64,000 nucleotides of DNA, taken from positions 18,972,001 to 19,036,000 of the forward strand of contig OZ024753.1 in the NCBI GenBank assembly GCA_964016885.1, in the 5' to 3' direction. The notes under the pieces are model-generated. The model saw nothing but the letters and a program-made list of their open reading frames with translations, was not told where the DNA came from and made no database searches. This document shows positions 1 through 12,845 of this stretch, in pieces. Within the stretch, counting starts at the first letter, position 1. Every line of letters starts with the position of its first letter. The stretch comes from Eledone cirrhosa (taxonomy: Eukaryota). The translations under genes were made by a program, and so were the position numbers.

Positions 1-259
1 GCATGTGTTACATCCGGGTGTCTGTGTGTGTTTATATTCGTTTATTTATTTGTTTATTTACAAGTTACTGGTTGGTTGTTTGTTCTATGTGCGTGTGTGT
101 TTTCATTTTGTCCTTAAAGTTGTGATGTTGCTGTTCCACTCATGTTTTCTATTTAATTTTGGTTGTAATTCATTTATGTTTATTTATCTAAACATTGCGT
201 CTTTTTTGTGTGTAAATTCTATTTTTATTTCTATGTTCTCTAATTTAACCTTATGTTCT

Positions 260-2425
260 AGTTTAGCATATTGGTAGCGTACAGATGATTCTTTACTATC
301 TTGAAGTGTTCATTTATCCGTTCCCCTATGCTACGAGCTATCTCACCTATGTACACTATATATCTCTACATTGTCCTTCAGTACATCTTTTGCTATATAC
401 TACATTTCTAGTTTTACAGTTAATATGGGGGCTTAATTTACAGATTATACATTATACAAGGTGGTCTTTGAAAAGGGTATGCCTTGCTAATAAGTATTTT
501 TATGGAGGTACCTGGTCTTTCTCCTATCTTAATATTGAGTTTATGTTTATCTAGGGCCCTTCTAAATTTGTAAGCTAATTCACCTCTAGGGGTTGTATCG
601 ATGAACATTACACTCTGGTATTTATTGCTATCATACCATGAGTTTATTCTATTATCCTTACTCCTAGTTCTTTCTATTCTATTCCTAAATTTGCTCCTAT
701 ACAAGGGGCAGGTCCCATTTGTGTCATTATTTACCATTTTTTCCCATTTGGTTCTGGCTCCTCTATATACTCTGATTGTATCTCTCTGATTGTAACCAGA
801 GAACTGCATACGTGTCTCTCTAGTTCTTCGGGGTTGCACATGCGGGACACGTTTCTCATCACCCGTACCAAATCCGCAATCAGTATGTTGATCTTGGTAT
901 GGTCAGAAACAGCTGAGTTTCGGTGGATCACATATTTGGAAGTCATAGGTTTGGCATAATGCGAATGGAGGATTTGTTTTTGGTTATTAATGGTATCTAA
1001 CCAGAGCTCTGTGTCTAGTACAGGTAATCGATGGTTGGGGTCTTTGCTTGGATAGTCTATAGTAACTCTAATACTCTGGTGGATGGAATTAGCTATTTGC
1101 TGGATGTTTTCCATTGTGTTTTTCTCTAATTCTTGACTGTTCTCTAGTGGGGGTGTTTTAACTCGATGTTTATATCATCAACGTAGCATTATCAGGGTTA
1201 AGGGTTTGCTGACTTCTAATTGTTCTTTAAGTTTAAGTTTAAGTCTATTGTCCCAACATACAATGACTAGGTTAGCTATGTCACTGCAATGCTAACACAA
1301 ATGGCTGCTCCCTCCTCTTGGGCATATGTTTTTCCATTAAATTTGAACATATGTTCCTTAAGGGTTAATTTTATGTTGGCCCCCACCGCATGTGCAATCA
1401 TTTTCTTTAGTTCATCGTGGTTTTCGAGGGTCCGTATGGCTCTGGTCCACCCGTTCCATCTATCTGTGTGGGTTTTCTTGGCCATTGAGGTAATGGTAGG
1501 TGGTATGCCTCTTGCTGGTCTTGTAGGGCACAGGTTGCTAACGTCATATGTGTGTAGATAATTATTACTATAGGTAAGTTTAAGTAGGAGTCCCAGCTCA
1601 CTGGTATCAATCCCACGGAATTCAACATTGCTGTCACTGATCATTTTTACGCATTTCTCCACAGCAAAATCCACGTCAATAGATGGATACAGGGACACAA
1701 GGGTCACTGCTTGTTTTATGGTCTTTGCGAACCCCATACAACGCTGGCACTTCATTGTTCCAAGCCTGAAAGTTGTTGGAAGTTTTTTTGTTGAGCTGCA
1801 TTATATTTGTCCACACCACCATATGGGCATTGAGGGCTTTTTCTCTATCCTCATGCTCTTGTGGTGTTACTGCTCTTGTGTTATTGATGTGGGTTTGCAT
1901 TGCCTGGATGTAATTTGGCAAACTGTCAACTAGCATTCTGCCAGACTTGTCTGTTGGAAAGCATGCTATCTCTCCATTACGTGAGCGCAGCATGAGCTTA
2001 TGCAAGCCTTTTGCAGATTTTTCTCCCAGTTGCTGGGCCTCCATTTTATTATGCTTCTTGCTATACTGTTCTATAATATTTCTAAGTTTAGTCCTAGCTA
2101 TACTAAATAGTGCTTCTGTTTGTTCATCGACCGGCGACGGCAATTGCGTGCGTTTGTTAAAAGGTAAAGTCGTGGCGTGGACTCGTCGCAGGTCGAACGA
2201 CTTATCGGAGGGATTATAAAAAGTAGAGTTCCAGGCTGCTGCTTTATGTGTACTAGTGCTATTGTTATTGTTAGTTGTGTTGTTTCTATTTCTATTTCCA
2301 CCAACAGCCTCATGGTTGTTTCTATGTCTCTCATTATTACTCCTGTCTCTTTCCTCTGGCTCATTGTTATTATCTATTCTATTTTGTGTGTCTGTGTGTT
2401 CGTCTTGGTTATTTTCTCTGTCCAA
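260..2425 (-). pseudogene. Frameshifted PLE reverse transcriptase/GIY-YIG endonuclease
   Basis: ORFs 1676-2425, 1276-1755, 731-1114 and 438-839 are collinear fragments of one PLE polyprotein. Confidence 0.85.
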
Positions 2426-3261
2426 AGTCTCCCTTCTCCTTTCAATCCTATTACCTTCCCTTATTTATGTGCTACTGTCATTACCTGTTTTCTGTGTCTG
2501 TGTGTTTGTTAAGAGTGTGGTGGTGGTGAGAGGCATTGAATGTGTGTGTGTTGTTGCTGTTGTTGTTGATGTGTGCTGTTGTTGATGTGTGTTGTTGTTG
2601 TTGTCTCGGTGTATGTTATAATTGCTGTGTGTTTTGTTATTGTTGTTTGTGTCTGCGTGTCTATTGTTGTTGTTTCTGTGTATGTTATTATAGTTGAAGT
2701 GTGTGTTGTTGTTATTGTTGTTTGTGTCTGTGTGTCTGTTGTTGTTGGGATGTGTGTTGTATATTTGTGTGCGTATGTTGTTACTTTTGTTTTTTGTTTT
2801 CGATTTTGAGGCTCCAACGTAATGTTGTAAATGATTTTTCTATTTCTGACAAACATCTAATCATATTTACCTTATTGATTGTGGCATACTTCGGCGGCAG
2901 TTGTAATACAGATAATTAGAGAACATAGAAATAAAAATAGAATCTACACACAGAAAAGACGCAATGTTTAGATAAATCACAGAGGCAATAAACATATATG
3001 AATTACAACCAAAATTAAATAGAAAACATGAGTGGAACAGCAACATCACAACTTACAATTAAGGACAAAATGAAAACCCACACGTACATAGAAAAAACAA
3101 CCAACCAGTAATATGTAAATAAACAAATAAATAAACGAATATAAACACACACAGACATCCGGATGTAAAACATGCGCAAACTAAGCACACAACACACACA
3201 CAAAAACAAGATGGCGTAGGACAGAAGAAAGGAGAGGCACAAAAAACAAAGAATAGAACCC

Positions 3262-3307
3262 CCAGTCACTGAAGAGGTCACAGAATGTGTGACGAAATAA
3301 CTTTGAC
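3262..3307 (+). ncRNA. Hammerhead ribozyme motif (type I, minimal) in PLE A pLTR
   Basis: GTCA-CTGAAGA-G-GTCACA gaatg TGTGAC-GAAA-taac-TT-TGAC. A sister copy near 47700 (minus) has GAAA-GATC-TA-TGAC. Confidence 0.75.
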
Positions 3308-3445
3308 AATATATAAACAACCAACTGGAAATTTAAACATTTCAAAATTTATAAATTTATTATAATAAATTGAAGTGAAAGCAGCAGGTGCGTGTGTTTC
3401 TTATTGGCAACATGACCCTCCCAAAGTATAACAATATATATATAT

Positions 3446-4200
3446 ATGAAAGACGTAAATAAGAACGTTATGAAAATTGACTTACTTACTAAAATTTCAC
3501 TCCAACTAATTAGTTTCTGTAAGGGGATAAATATAGTTATGTAATAACTATAGAGAAGCCTTACGTCATCTGGGAGTCTATTCTCAGCTAAGTTTCCAGG
3601 CAATGAGGGGACACTGGGAACTTATATAAAAATAATTCAGTGGATGGAAAAAAACGAGCGGGGCTAGATTCCAAGCCATTGAAAAATTCACTGCCTTCTT
3701 GGTCAAGTGGCAAATTCAAAAGAATCAATCAAGTGACACTGAGGTTAACCAGCTTGGAGTGGGGGTGCTATTAAGACAGAGCCTAGCTACTACTATCAGT
3801 CACAGTAGTAATTTGGTAAATTTTGCTCAAGAAATAATTTGGATGTAATTATAAAGAATTAATATATCTACCGACATATGTATACCGATGCATACCTACG
3901 CTAGCAGGTTCTATGCATGGGAATGCAGAACAATTATTTGAAAGACGTAAATAAGAAAGTAAGTAAATTTTCATAACTTTCTTATTTACGTCTTTCATAT
4001 AATTGTTCTGCATTCCCCTGCATAGAACCACAAAGTTACTAAGACAAAACATATATATCTGCTAGCATAGGTATGCATCGGCATACATATGTCGGTAGAT
4101 ATATTAATTCTTTATATATATATATATATATATTGTTATACTGGGAACTTAGCTGAGATTAGACTTCCCTGATGACGAAAGGCCTTCTCCATGTGTTCCA
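3446..4200. repeat. Copy of the ~525-bp HHR-bearing repeat family (minus orientation, with an internal fold-back at 3850-4115)
   Basis: Diverged homolog of 4886-6110. Flanked by (TA)n. Confidence 0.85.
3499..3577 (-). ncRNA. Hammerhead motif with branched stem II (core mutated to CAGAUGA)
   Basis: ACTCC-CAGATGA-CGTAAGG...CCTTACA-GAAA-CTAATTAG-TT-GGAGT. Confidence 0.65.
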
Positions 4201-4324
4201 TATATATAGATAGATAGATATATAAATATATATATATATGCAAAAGTTTTATTTAAAATTGTTGGGTTACAACGAGTAAATATTTTATAACTAATATAAA
4301 GCACTCAACAAGTTTTGGAGTAGA

Positions 4325-4688
4325 TATACGATATTAAACAAATGGAAACTATATTTATAAAACCATATTTATTTCATTATACATATTTCAGGGATAACAT
4401 ATTAAAAATATGGCATGCCTTCTTCAGATAAAATACAATATATAAGCAGTTTTATAAATACATTTGACGTACCATAAAATATTGATCAACTTCCATTTAA
4501 CTACCAAACCAACTTTTTTAAATGGAAGTTGATCAATATTTTATGGTACGTCAAATTTATTTATAAAACTGCTTATATATTGTATTTTATCTGAAGAAGG
4601 CATGCCAAATTTTTAATATGGTATCCCTGAAATATGTATAATGAAATAAATATGGTTTTATAAATATAGTTTCCATTTGTTTAATATC

Positions 4689-4693
<5 letters not shown>
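4325..4693. mobile_element. Fold-back mini-element (arms of ~175 bp), one HHR per arm
   Basis: 4325-4500 is the reverse complement of 4519-4693. The right end abuts (TA)n. Confidence 0.85.
4583..4648 (+). ncRNA. Minimal type I hammerhead ribozyme (mirror copy at 4370-4435, minus)
   Basis: TATTTTAT-CTGAAGA-AGGCATGCCA...TGGTATCCCT-GAAA-TATGTA-TA-ATGAAATA. AUA triplet and 8-bp stem I. Confidence 0.8.
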
Positions 4694-4752
<59 letters not shown>

Positions 4753-4828
4753 ATAGAGAGAGAGAGAGATTTATATAGATATATATAGATCTATAGATAT
4801 GTATATATATATATAGATATATATATAT

Positions 4829-4863
<35 letters not shown>

Positions 4864-4885
4864 TAGATATATATAGATATATATA

Positions 4886-6104
4886 TAAAGAATAAGTATA
4901 TCTACCAACAGATATATACAGATGCATACCTATGCTAGCAAATATTTGGTTTTGTCTCAGTAACTTTGTGGTTCGATGCAAGGGGATACAGAACAATTAT
5001 ATGAAAGACGTAAAATAAGAAAATTATAAAAATTAACTTACTAAAATTTCACTCCAACTAATTAGTTTCTGAAAGGGAATAATCGAACCACAAAGTTAGT
5101 AATACAAAACCTATATATTTGCTAGCATAGGTATGCATCTGTATATATATGTTGGTAGATATACTAATTCTTTATAATTATCTCCAAATTATTTTGTTGA
5201 GCAAAAATTTGCCAAAACTGCTACTATAGTTCATAGTAATAGGTCGGCTACTGTTTTCTTAACACCCCACTCCTCACTGATTAACCTCGATGTCACGTGA
5301 TTGATTCTTTTGAATTTGCCACGGACCAAGTAGGCAGTGATTTTTTCAATGTCTTGGAACTTAGTCCAAGCTTACTTTTTTCCATCCACTGAATTATTTT
5401 TGTATAAGTTCCCTGTGTCCACTTATTGCCTGGGAACTTAGCTGAGAATAGACTTCCCTGATGACGAAAGGCCTTCTCCATGTGTTCCATTCGGAAACCA
5501 TGTTTATTCACTTTCAGAAACTAATTAGTTGGAGTGAAATTTTAGTACGTTAATTTTTATAATTTTCTTATTTTACGTCTTTCATATAATTGTTCTGAAT
5601 CCCCTTGCATCGAACCACAAAGTTACTAAGACAAAACCTATATATTTGCTAGCATAGGTATGCATCTGTATATATATGTTGGTAGATATACTAATTCTTT
5701 ATAATTACCTCCAAATTATTTTGTTGAGCAAAAATTTGCCAAAACTGCTACTATAGTTCATAGTAATAGTTCGGCTACTGTTTTCTTAACACCCCCCTCC
5801 TCACTGATTAACCTCGATTTCACGTGATTGATTCTTTTGAATTTGCCACCGACCAAGTAGGCAGTGATTTTTTCAATGTCTTGGAACTTAGTCTACGCTT
5901 GCTTTTTTCCATCCACTGAATTATTTTTGTATAATTCCCTGTGTCCACTTATTGCCTAGAACTTAGCTGAGAATAGACTTCCCTGACGACGAAAGGCCTT
6001 CTCCATGTGTTCCATTCGGAAACCATGTTTATTACCTTTCAGAATCTAATTAGTTGGAGTAAAATTTTAGTAAGTTAATTTTTATAATTTTCTTATTTTA
6101 CGTC

Positions 6105-6110
<6 letters not shown>
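4886..6110 (+). repeat. Partial tandem array of a ~525-bp unit with an inverted 5' segment; one HHR per unit
   Basis: Cores at 5458 and 5983 give a period of 525. 4886-5080 is an inverted copy. (TA)n at both ends. Confidence 0.88.
5452..5535 (+). ncRNA. Type I hammerhead ribozyme with branched stem II (second copy at 5978-6060)
   Basis: ACTTCC-CTGATGA-CGAAAGG...CTTTCA-GAAA-CTAATTAG-TT-GGAGT. Palindromic stem III and GUU triplet. Confidence 0.75.
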
Positions 6111-6159
<49 letters not shown>

Positions 6160-6187
6160 AACAAGAGATGGTTAAAAGAGTTCCATG

Positions 6188-6258
6188 TATTTTATTATGC
6201 GCATTTCAAAAACAAACATCATCATCTAATAATATTTGTGTTTTCATCAGATAAAACA
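6188..6258 (-). ncRNA. Minimal type I hammerhead ribozyme at the 3' end of PLE B
   Basis: TGTTTTAT-CTGATGA-AAACACAAATATTATT..GATGATGTTTGTTTTT-GAAA-TGCGCA-TA-ATAAAATA. Confidence 0.85.
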
Positions 6259-6622
6259 GGAAGACATGATATGAAGATTAAAAAACACTTGTGGATAGTG
6301 CAGTTTTAAATCAACATATCAAAAGTAGTTTTAGATTGATGTGTGATATTGGGAAAAAAAATTATTTTGAGGGGGTGGGGGTGGATAGGATGAAAAAGAG
6401 GAGGAGATGAGAGTAAAAAGTGGAGAGGGAGGAGTATAATGAGGAAGGATGAGATAGGACGAGAGATGGGTGATAGAGAGAGAGAGAGATAGCTTTTAGA
6501 ACTGAGAAAGATATATTGTTTTACATAGATAGGTTGAAAACCGTTGGAAGATAATGTATAAATTAAAAGAATTTGAAAATTAACGAAGAGAAAAATAATG
6601 TAAAGTTAAGGTTTGTATATTG

Positions 6623-6790
6623 AAGGGTTTAATAATATGTGCGATAAAAAGAAAATGTTAATATGTATTAAGAATAATATTTAAGGGTTTAATAATATGT
6701 GCGATGGAAAGAAAATGTTAATATGTATTAAGAATAATATTTAAGGGTTTAATAATATGTGCGATGGAAAGAAAATGTTGATATGTATTA
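6623..6790. repeat. Three tandem 60-bp repeats
   Basis: AAGGGTTTAATAATATGTGCGAT recurs at 6623, 6683 and 6743. Confidence 0.85.
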
Positions 6791-8548
6791 TTAAAAGAAC
6801 AACAGGTAATTTAAGTAAGGATATATTGTGGGATGAGCATGAATGAGTTAGATGAAAGGTAGAAAAGAATAAGGAATTGAGGATGAATAATCTAACGTCA
6901 AAAAAATGTTTATGTTTACGAAGGATTTTTACAAGGTGATATAGAGTAAGAATGTATTGTATTGTGTAATAGTTGATTCTATGTTAGGCACAATGAGAAA
7001 AGGTACAGATTAGGGGTTAGACATTAAAAGAAAAAGAGAAGAAAGGGAAGTGATAAATAGGAGCGATATAGAATGAGTAACAAGTATTATAGAATGAGTA
7101 ACAAGTATTATATAATGTATAATAAAAACTTTGAAATAAGGTAGAAAGATGGGTATATTTTTAAAGAAGTTTATATATATATATGTGCCTTTGAGAAAAA
7201 GATTCTAAATTGATAAAGTTTTGGATATTAGCTGTATACTTTGTGGAATGTTTTGTGGAATTTATGCAAGCAGATAGAAAACAAGTAAGTGCGTCTATTT
7301 ATTATAGAATCTAAATTAGATATAATGGTAAACTTTTCATTTAGACAGAGATTGCAAATCTTGGATAGAGAACTGTTCAAGTATGGATACACAGAAGAAA
7401 CCTTCTTCCAAAAGATGCTATATTTAATATTTTTGTCTTTCAAGGACCATATGAGTTCTGAGAGAGCCGTGGTGGTTCTTTTCAGTTTGTATTTAAAACA
7501 CGAATGATGGTTATAAAGACGAGCTTTAAAGGAGGCGGAAGTGTAGCCAAAATAGGTGAAGGAATTGGTGTCAGTTATAACTTTACATTCGTAAATTAAG
7601 TTTTTATCAAGACAATGGTTGTTGAGAGGAGATTTATTTTTGGCAGGGCAATTGCAATTGCGATTAGAGAGATTATTAACGAGTGACCTAGTGTTATCTA
7701 TAGAAGGAATTGAATTGGAGAAGTTATTTGCGATAGGAATGATAGTTTCTTGATTTAGAATGGGATTAAGAACATTTAGCGAAGTTGTGTTTTACGTTGT
7801 ATTTGGGTTTGCAGAAATTAGCCTAGAGTTTACAATGACGTCGGGAGTATTACTATTATTATGATATTCAGTGTTGGAAGGAAGAGATTTAGTATTTAGT
7901 ATTTTATTGTTGTGTTTAGAGATAATGTTGAATAAGAACATTTTATAGTGTGTTTGTTAAATATTTTACTATAGATATGTGAGGGAGGGAAGCATTTATT
8001 TAAGGCACTAAAGAATAATTTAGGAATATTATTATTAATAGAGATGGAGAAAGAAGCATTATACCAGATTATGTTTTTGCATCTAGGTATTTTATTAAAG
8101 TTATTGGAATGATCATGATGAATTATTCTACTGTAAGATCTTCTAGAATTTGTTTCTTTACTATATTTGATTTTATCAGGATAGCCGGCTTGAGAAAGCG
8201 CGTTATTATAGTAATTGGCGTTAGCATCAAAGATGTTTTTATTAGAAGATAGGTTAGATATTCTTTTTCCAATATTACTAACTATAGCATTCTTGATATT
8301 AGTAGGATGGTTAGATTTAAAATTAACATAATTTAGGGTCTCATTGTTTTTATGGTAAGGGTAATATAGGCCAGTGTCAAGATTAAGAGATACATCCAAG
8401 AAATTAGCTAGTTTGATGTTGTTATCAAATTCAATTTTTAGGTTATGTTGGTTAAAGAGATTACGTATATTGTTGTTAAGGTTAACTATGTTGCAATTTA
8501 TGATAGTAAAGAGTCCAACGCCACGATAAATTCCACCGCGAAGTTGAG

Positions 8549-8619
<71 letters not shown>

Positions 8620-8686
8620 ATTAAAAAAATAATGAATAAAACAATGAAACAGTTCCTTATATTAAACAAAAAAGTTCATTATTTAA

Positions 8687-8737
<51 letters not shown>

Positions 8738-8740
<3 letters not shown>

Positions 8741-9012
8741 ATAATAATAAATTTGAAGACTAAAATCCAAAGAGGGCTCGATAAGGATAAATATATATCA
8801 AATATATAAGAACCGTAGTGCAACTATTTATTAAAATAACAGATTAAAGTTTAAGCAAAGAATCGCTGCTTTCACCCTTAACGTATTATTCGGTTGCAAC
8901 TTTTTTTTGAAATATCCAATTTTGCGTTTACAGATTGTCTTTGTTAATTTCAGAAGATCCCGTTAAGGGTGAAAGCAGCGATTCTTTGCTGAAACTTTAC
9001 TCTGTTATTTTA

Positions 9013-9020
<8 letters not shown>
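8738..9020. mobile_element. Fold-back mini-element, family X (also 24580-24972, 31855-31925, 45725-46632)
   Basis: Inverted arms TATTAAAATAACAGATTAAAG...CACCCTTAACG between (TA)n tracts. Confidence 0.8.
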
Positions 9021-9043
<23 letters not shown>

Positions 9044-9212
9044 GATATATAGATATAGATATATAGATATACATATATATATATACATATATATATATTT
9101 TTTTTTTAGTATATGTTGTTTGTATACCAACACCTCAGTATGCAGGTGGAGCACTCGACGAAAATTATACACCTCAACAACATATGTACTTGTCTATACC
9201 ACACTAATTCAA

Positions 9213-9267
9213 ACTGCCTGAAGAGGTCACAGCCAAAGATGGCTGTCACTGAAATATATATAGCAGT
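9213..9267 (+). ncRNA. Minimal type I hammerhead ribozyme in a ~210-bp solo insert (9109-9318)
   Basis: ACTGC-CTGAAGA-GGTCACAGCCA aaga TGGCTGTCACT-GAAA-TATATA-TA-GCAGT. Confidence 0.88.
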
Positions 9268-9317
9268 ATTAAATGAAGCTCAATTTTAAACATTTGACTT
9301 TTTATTTAACTTTATTT

Positions 9318-9411
9318 TATATATATATATATATAGAGAGAGAGATATTTGATATATATATATATATAAATATATAGATATATATATATATAGATATAGA
9401 TATATATAGAT

Positions 9412-9444
<33 letters not shown>

Positions 9445-9463
9445 TATTTATATATATATATAT

Positions 9464-9498
<35 letters not shown>

Positions 9499-9570
9499 TA
9501 GATATAGATATAGATATATATATATATAAATATAGATATATATATAGAGATATATATAGATATATATATA

Positions 9571-9630
<60 letters not shown>

Positions 9631-9742
9631 TATATATATATATTTATATATATATATAGATATATATAGATATAGATATATATACATATACATATATTTC
9701 TATATATATTATATATAGATATATATCTATATATATCTATAG

Positions 9743-9800
<58 letters not shown>
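9318..9800. repeat. (TA)n/(TAGA)n compound microsatellite
   Basis: Direct reading. Confidence 0.95.
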
Positions 9801-9804
<4 letters not shown>

Positions 9805-9806
<2 letters not shown>

Positions 9807-12252
9807 AAAATTTCAGGTTATCAATAATGTAGTGATAATATATCGTTACGTTAGAGATGAACAGCGTACGTGCAGGTTTGCTCAACGAGTATAAATTATA
9901 TTCCGGAGAAAATGTAGAAAGGATGAATATAAAATGAAAGTGCTTTTTTTAAAAAAGGAATTTATTAGGTGTTGACATATGTTTCTGTAACAGACTGAAT
10001 ACCTATGTATCGCTGCTTGCGTAATCATATAATGTTAGCAAGTATTCGATAGCAAATGTATAATCAGTTGTCACTTCTTCAGAGATTTTGGATAAATTGG
10101 ATAAAATCAGAAAAATTGAAGTATTTATATTAGTAATAGAGGAAGAAACAGAGGGGATAGTATATGACAGATGGTAAATTAATTTACTGCTAAACAAGTA
10201 TATAATGGGTTTCTAATGAGAATACCATGAGTAAATCTAAATAAGAATTTTGGGAGTGCCAATTTTAATCTCTACTTGACCAACTGGACAGTGGACAGGG
10301 CTGGTCATTTGGTGCAGTAGTATTAATTATAAAGTGTCAATTGGGGAAGGGGGAGATTTCGATTGCTACTAAATAACATCAATGCTAGTAGCCATCTGGT
10401 ATATGCATTAGGGAATTGAATCAAGAAATCAGAAATCTCATTTTATCTATAGCAGTTTATATTAAAAGGTAAATAATAGAAGAGTTGATATAATTAAGAC
10501 TAATAAAGAATGTTAATATCTATTTTGACAATCAAACGGGGATAGAGACAGGCGTTCAATCCTGGTAGTATTTATAATATGAAAATGTAGATTTTAAGCG
10601 ATGGTTACAGTATAACGATCGGTCTATTCTGTTATTTAATAAAATGTTTTGGGATTTCATAATACAAAATAATTCTACATTACATAATTTACAAAATTCC
10701 TGTCCATGGGATAATGGGGGGGGGGGGGATCCGCTATTATATCCCATTTTAGGTGAAATTGTTGGTTATTTTCACGCAGCTGCCAAGCCTTGTCTGCGAG
10801 TGTTGTTACATAACGCTGGTTTTCATGTTTTATCGAGTAACAATGTCTATAAAGGCGTGATTTGAAGGAGGTGGCTGTAGATCCCACATAGTACCACTTC
10901 TGTCTATCCGATTCGATAGTACATTTGTATACGATGTTGCGTTCAAGACACTGATTGTTCAACGGACACATTCCTGGTTGAACACAGTTGCAATTATAAT
11001 TTTGCGTTGTTGTATTGCCATGGATGGGTTGATGGGGTTGCTTATGTAGGACAGGATGTTGTTTGTTGTTTTGTGATGTTATAGCTAATGTTTTACGTGT
11101 ATTGTTATGTGTTGGAAGGCGTTTATACAACCGTTTTGCGTTAAGCCTTTTTATATGTTGTTCAATATTAGAGGCGGTTGAATATGAAAGTCGAATAGTG
11201 TTAGGGTTTAAGATTTTATTATATTTATGTGATGTTGGAAAGTGTTTTTTAACTAATCGAAAGAATTTTGAGGGTAGATTGGTTTTAATAGGGTTGTTAT
11301 AGACCGGGTTGTACCAAATATACTCCTTACATCGCCTTCTGTTTGGTGGTGTGCGACTATTATTGTGTCTATTGCGGTAGTGTATGTATGGTGGTGATTC
11401 TGTGCTATTTCTACTCCTATGGGATTTATTTTGGGTGTTTTGGTGATCTTTGACTATATACTCTATATTATCTAGGTGACCGGCTTTCCCAAGTGCATCA
11501 TCATAATATTCGGCATGTTCTTTGAAGGTTTGTTGGTTGGACGACAGACGGGAGATTCTAAGAGAAACATTTCTAGGGATGGATTTAATTAGAGAGAGTG
11601 GATGGTTAGAACTCGTATTTACATATTTAAGGTTATCATTTAGTTTATGGAACGGTTTAATCGTATCTGTATTGAGATTGAAAGTAACATCAAGGAAATT
11701 GACCTCTTTGAGGTTATATTCAAATGTAATATTTAATCCTAGTTCCTTAAAAAGCTTTCTGATATTTTTACGCATCCTTTCTAAATTCTGGTTATTCATA
11801 TGCTTAACTAATAGGAGCGCATCGTCACGGTAGATTCCACCGTGGAGATCCTTGAATTTTCCTTGTAATCTGTGGGTGATATCAATTCCCACAAGATCTG
11901 TTACTTCCGCCGAATCATTAGAACCCATAGTGATATCAAAATTAGAAGGTCTATCTTTGCGAACCCAGTAGCTATCATCGAATTTAACTATAGTTTTCCT
12001 CGCTTCCATAATAATTTTAATTTCAGCATCCGTAAGGTCGGAATTATCCTTAGCGAACGAAAGAGCTTCATGTAGAGTATCAGGTGAAATTGAGGAATAA
12101 TATTCATCAATATCAAACTGAATAAATTTTGATTTGTTCTTATCAGTAATGTTATTAAACCATCTTATTGCTTCATGAGTGTTACCCCATAGTTTAATCT
12201 CTACTTTAACCTTAACTTGGGGGATAATTCTGTCTAGTATATATTTGCTAAT
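9805..12252 (-). mobile_element. Penelope-like element C, 5'-truncated
   Basis: RT/GIY-YIG coding region at about 10570-12250. (TA)n on both sides. Confidence 0.92.
10675..12009 (-). CDS. PLE RT (C-terminal part) + GIY-YIG endonuclease
   Basis: FDITMGS..SAEVTDLVG, GIYRDD, NFLDVTF, IWYNP, CNC..CPL..C, IVYKC...YYVGST..FKSR. Confidence 0.9.
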   Translation of the reverse strand: MEARKTIVKFDDSYWVRKDRPSNFDITMGSNDSAEVTDLVGIDITHRLQGKFKDLHGGIYRDDALLLVKHMNNQNLERMRKNIRKLFKELGLNITFEYNLKEVNFLDVTFNLNTDTIKPFHKLNDNLKYVNTSSNHPLSLIKSIPRNVSLRISRLSSNQQTFKEHAEYYDDALGKAGHLDNIEYIVKDHQNTQNKSHRSRNSTESPPYIHYRNRHNNSRTPPNRRRCKEYIWYNPVYNNPIKTNLPSKFFRLVKKHFPTSHKYNKILNPNTIRLSYSTASNIEQHIKRLNAKRLYKRLPTHNNTRKTLAITSQNNKQHPVLHKQPHQPIHGNTTTQNYNCNCVQPGMCPLNNQCLERNIVYKCTIESDRQKWYYVGSTATSFKSRLYRHCYSIKHENQRYVTTLADKAWQLRENNQQFHLKWDIIADPPPPHYPMDRNFVNYVM

Positions 12253-12253
12253 T

Positions 12254-12344
<91 letters not shown>

Positions 12345-12845
12345 TCTTTTCTTTTCCCCTTCGTTTTTTACAACATTCTTCAATTATATCTAACTCTTAT
12401 TTATCATATCTTTAGGAATTAATATAAATGTATCAATATAAATATACCTATCAATTAAATTAATTTATTTTCTTTTTATAGATGTAAATTCCTTATGTTT
12501 TAAATAAGATTGATATGTTTCACTAACACATTTATCGTAACATTTTATTCTCCTTAGATTTTAAAATTATCATTATTCTTTTATAACATCAAATTTTCGT
12601 GTACCTTTTACTGGCTTGACCAATTTTCATCTCCAAAGTAATATTTTCATTCAAAATACTCTTTCCATTCAAAACTGAAGTCTGCTTTCCTCTACCCCTA
12701 AATTAAATTTCTATTACTACTATTCTATCATCTTGACCACTTACTACCTTTCTATTGGTCAATTCAAAACCTGTTCCCAAACAGACCTAATATATTAAAT
12801 CTTTGTTGGGCTTTTCAATAAACAAATATCATTATTTCTGAAGAC

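Larger units (their letters stand above)
1..3447 (-). mobile_element. Penelope-like element A (decayed RT + GIY-YIG) with inverted 5' pseudo-LTR
   Basis: Minus-strand ORF pieces carry PLE RT motifs (TDKSG, SLYPSID, FKFNGKTYAQEEGAAI, LPVLDTELWL, HYAKPMTS) and GIY-YIG remnants (NVVY...YIGE at about 300-430). 1-245 recurs inverted at about 2914-3175. The element ends at a (TA)n tract. Confidence 0.88.
6157..8550 (-). mobile_element. Penelope-like element B, 5'-truncated
   Basis: Coding remnants at about 7230-8550 (GGIYR, NFLDVSLNL, SNHP, IIWYN, CNC, CNLCLNEK), a long 3' UTR, a terminal HHR and (TA)n on both sides. Confidence 0.9.

Noticed and set aside
4886-6110. CRISPR-like interpretation of the tandem repeats (also 6623-6790 and 50243-50775)
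   Set aside because: No unique spacers, no cas genes, and a eukaryotic context.
9965-10085. HHR at the 3' end of PLE C
   Set aside because: Only half-motifs (GAAAC-ATAT-GTC, and a separate CTGAAGA) without consistent stems.
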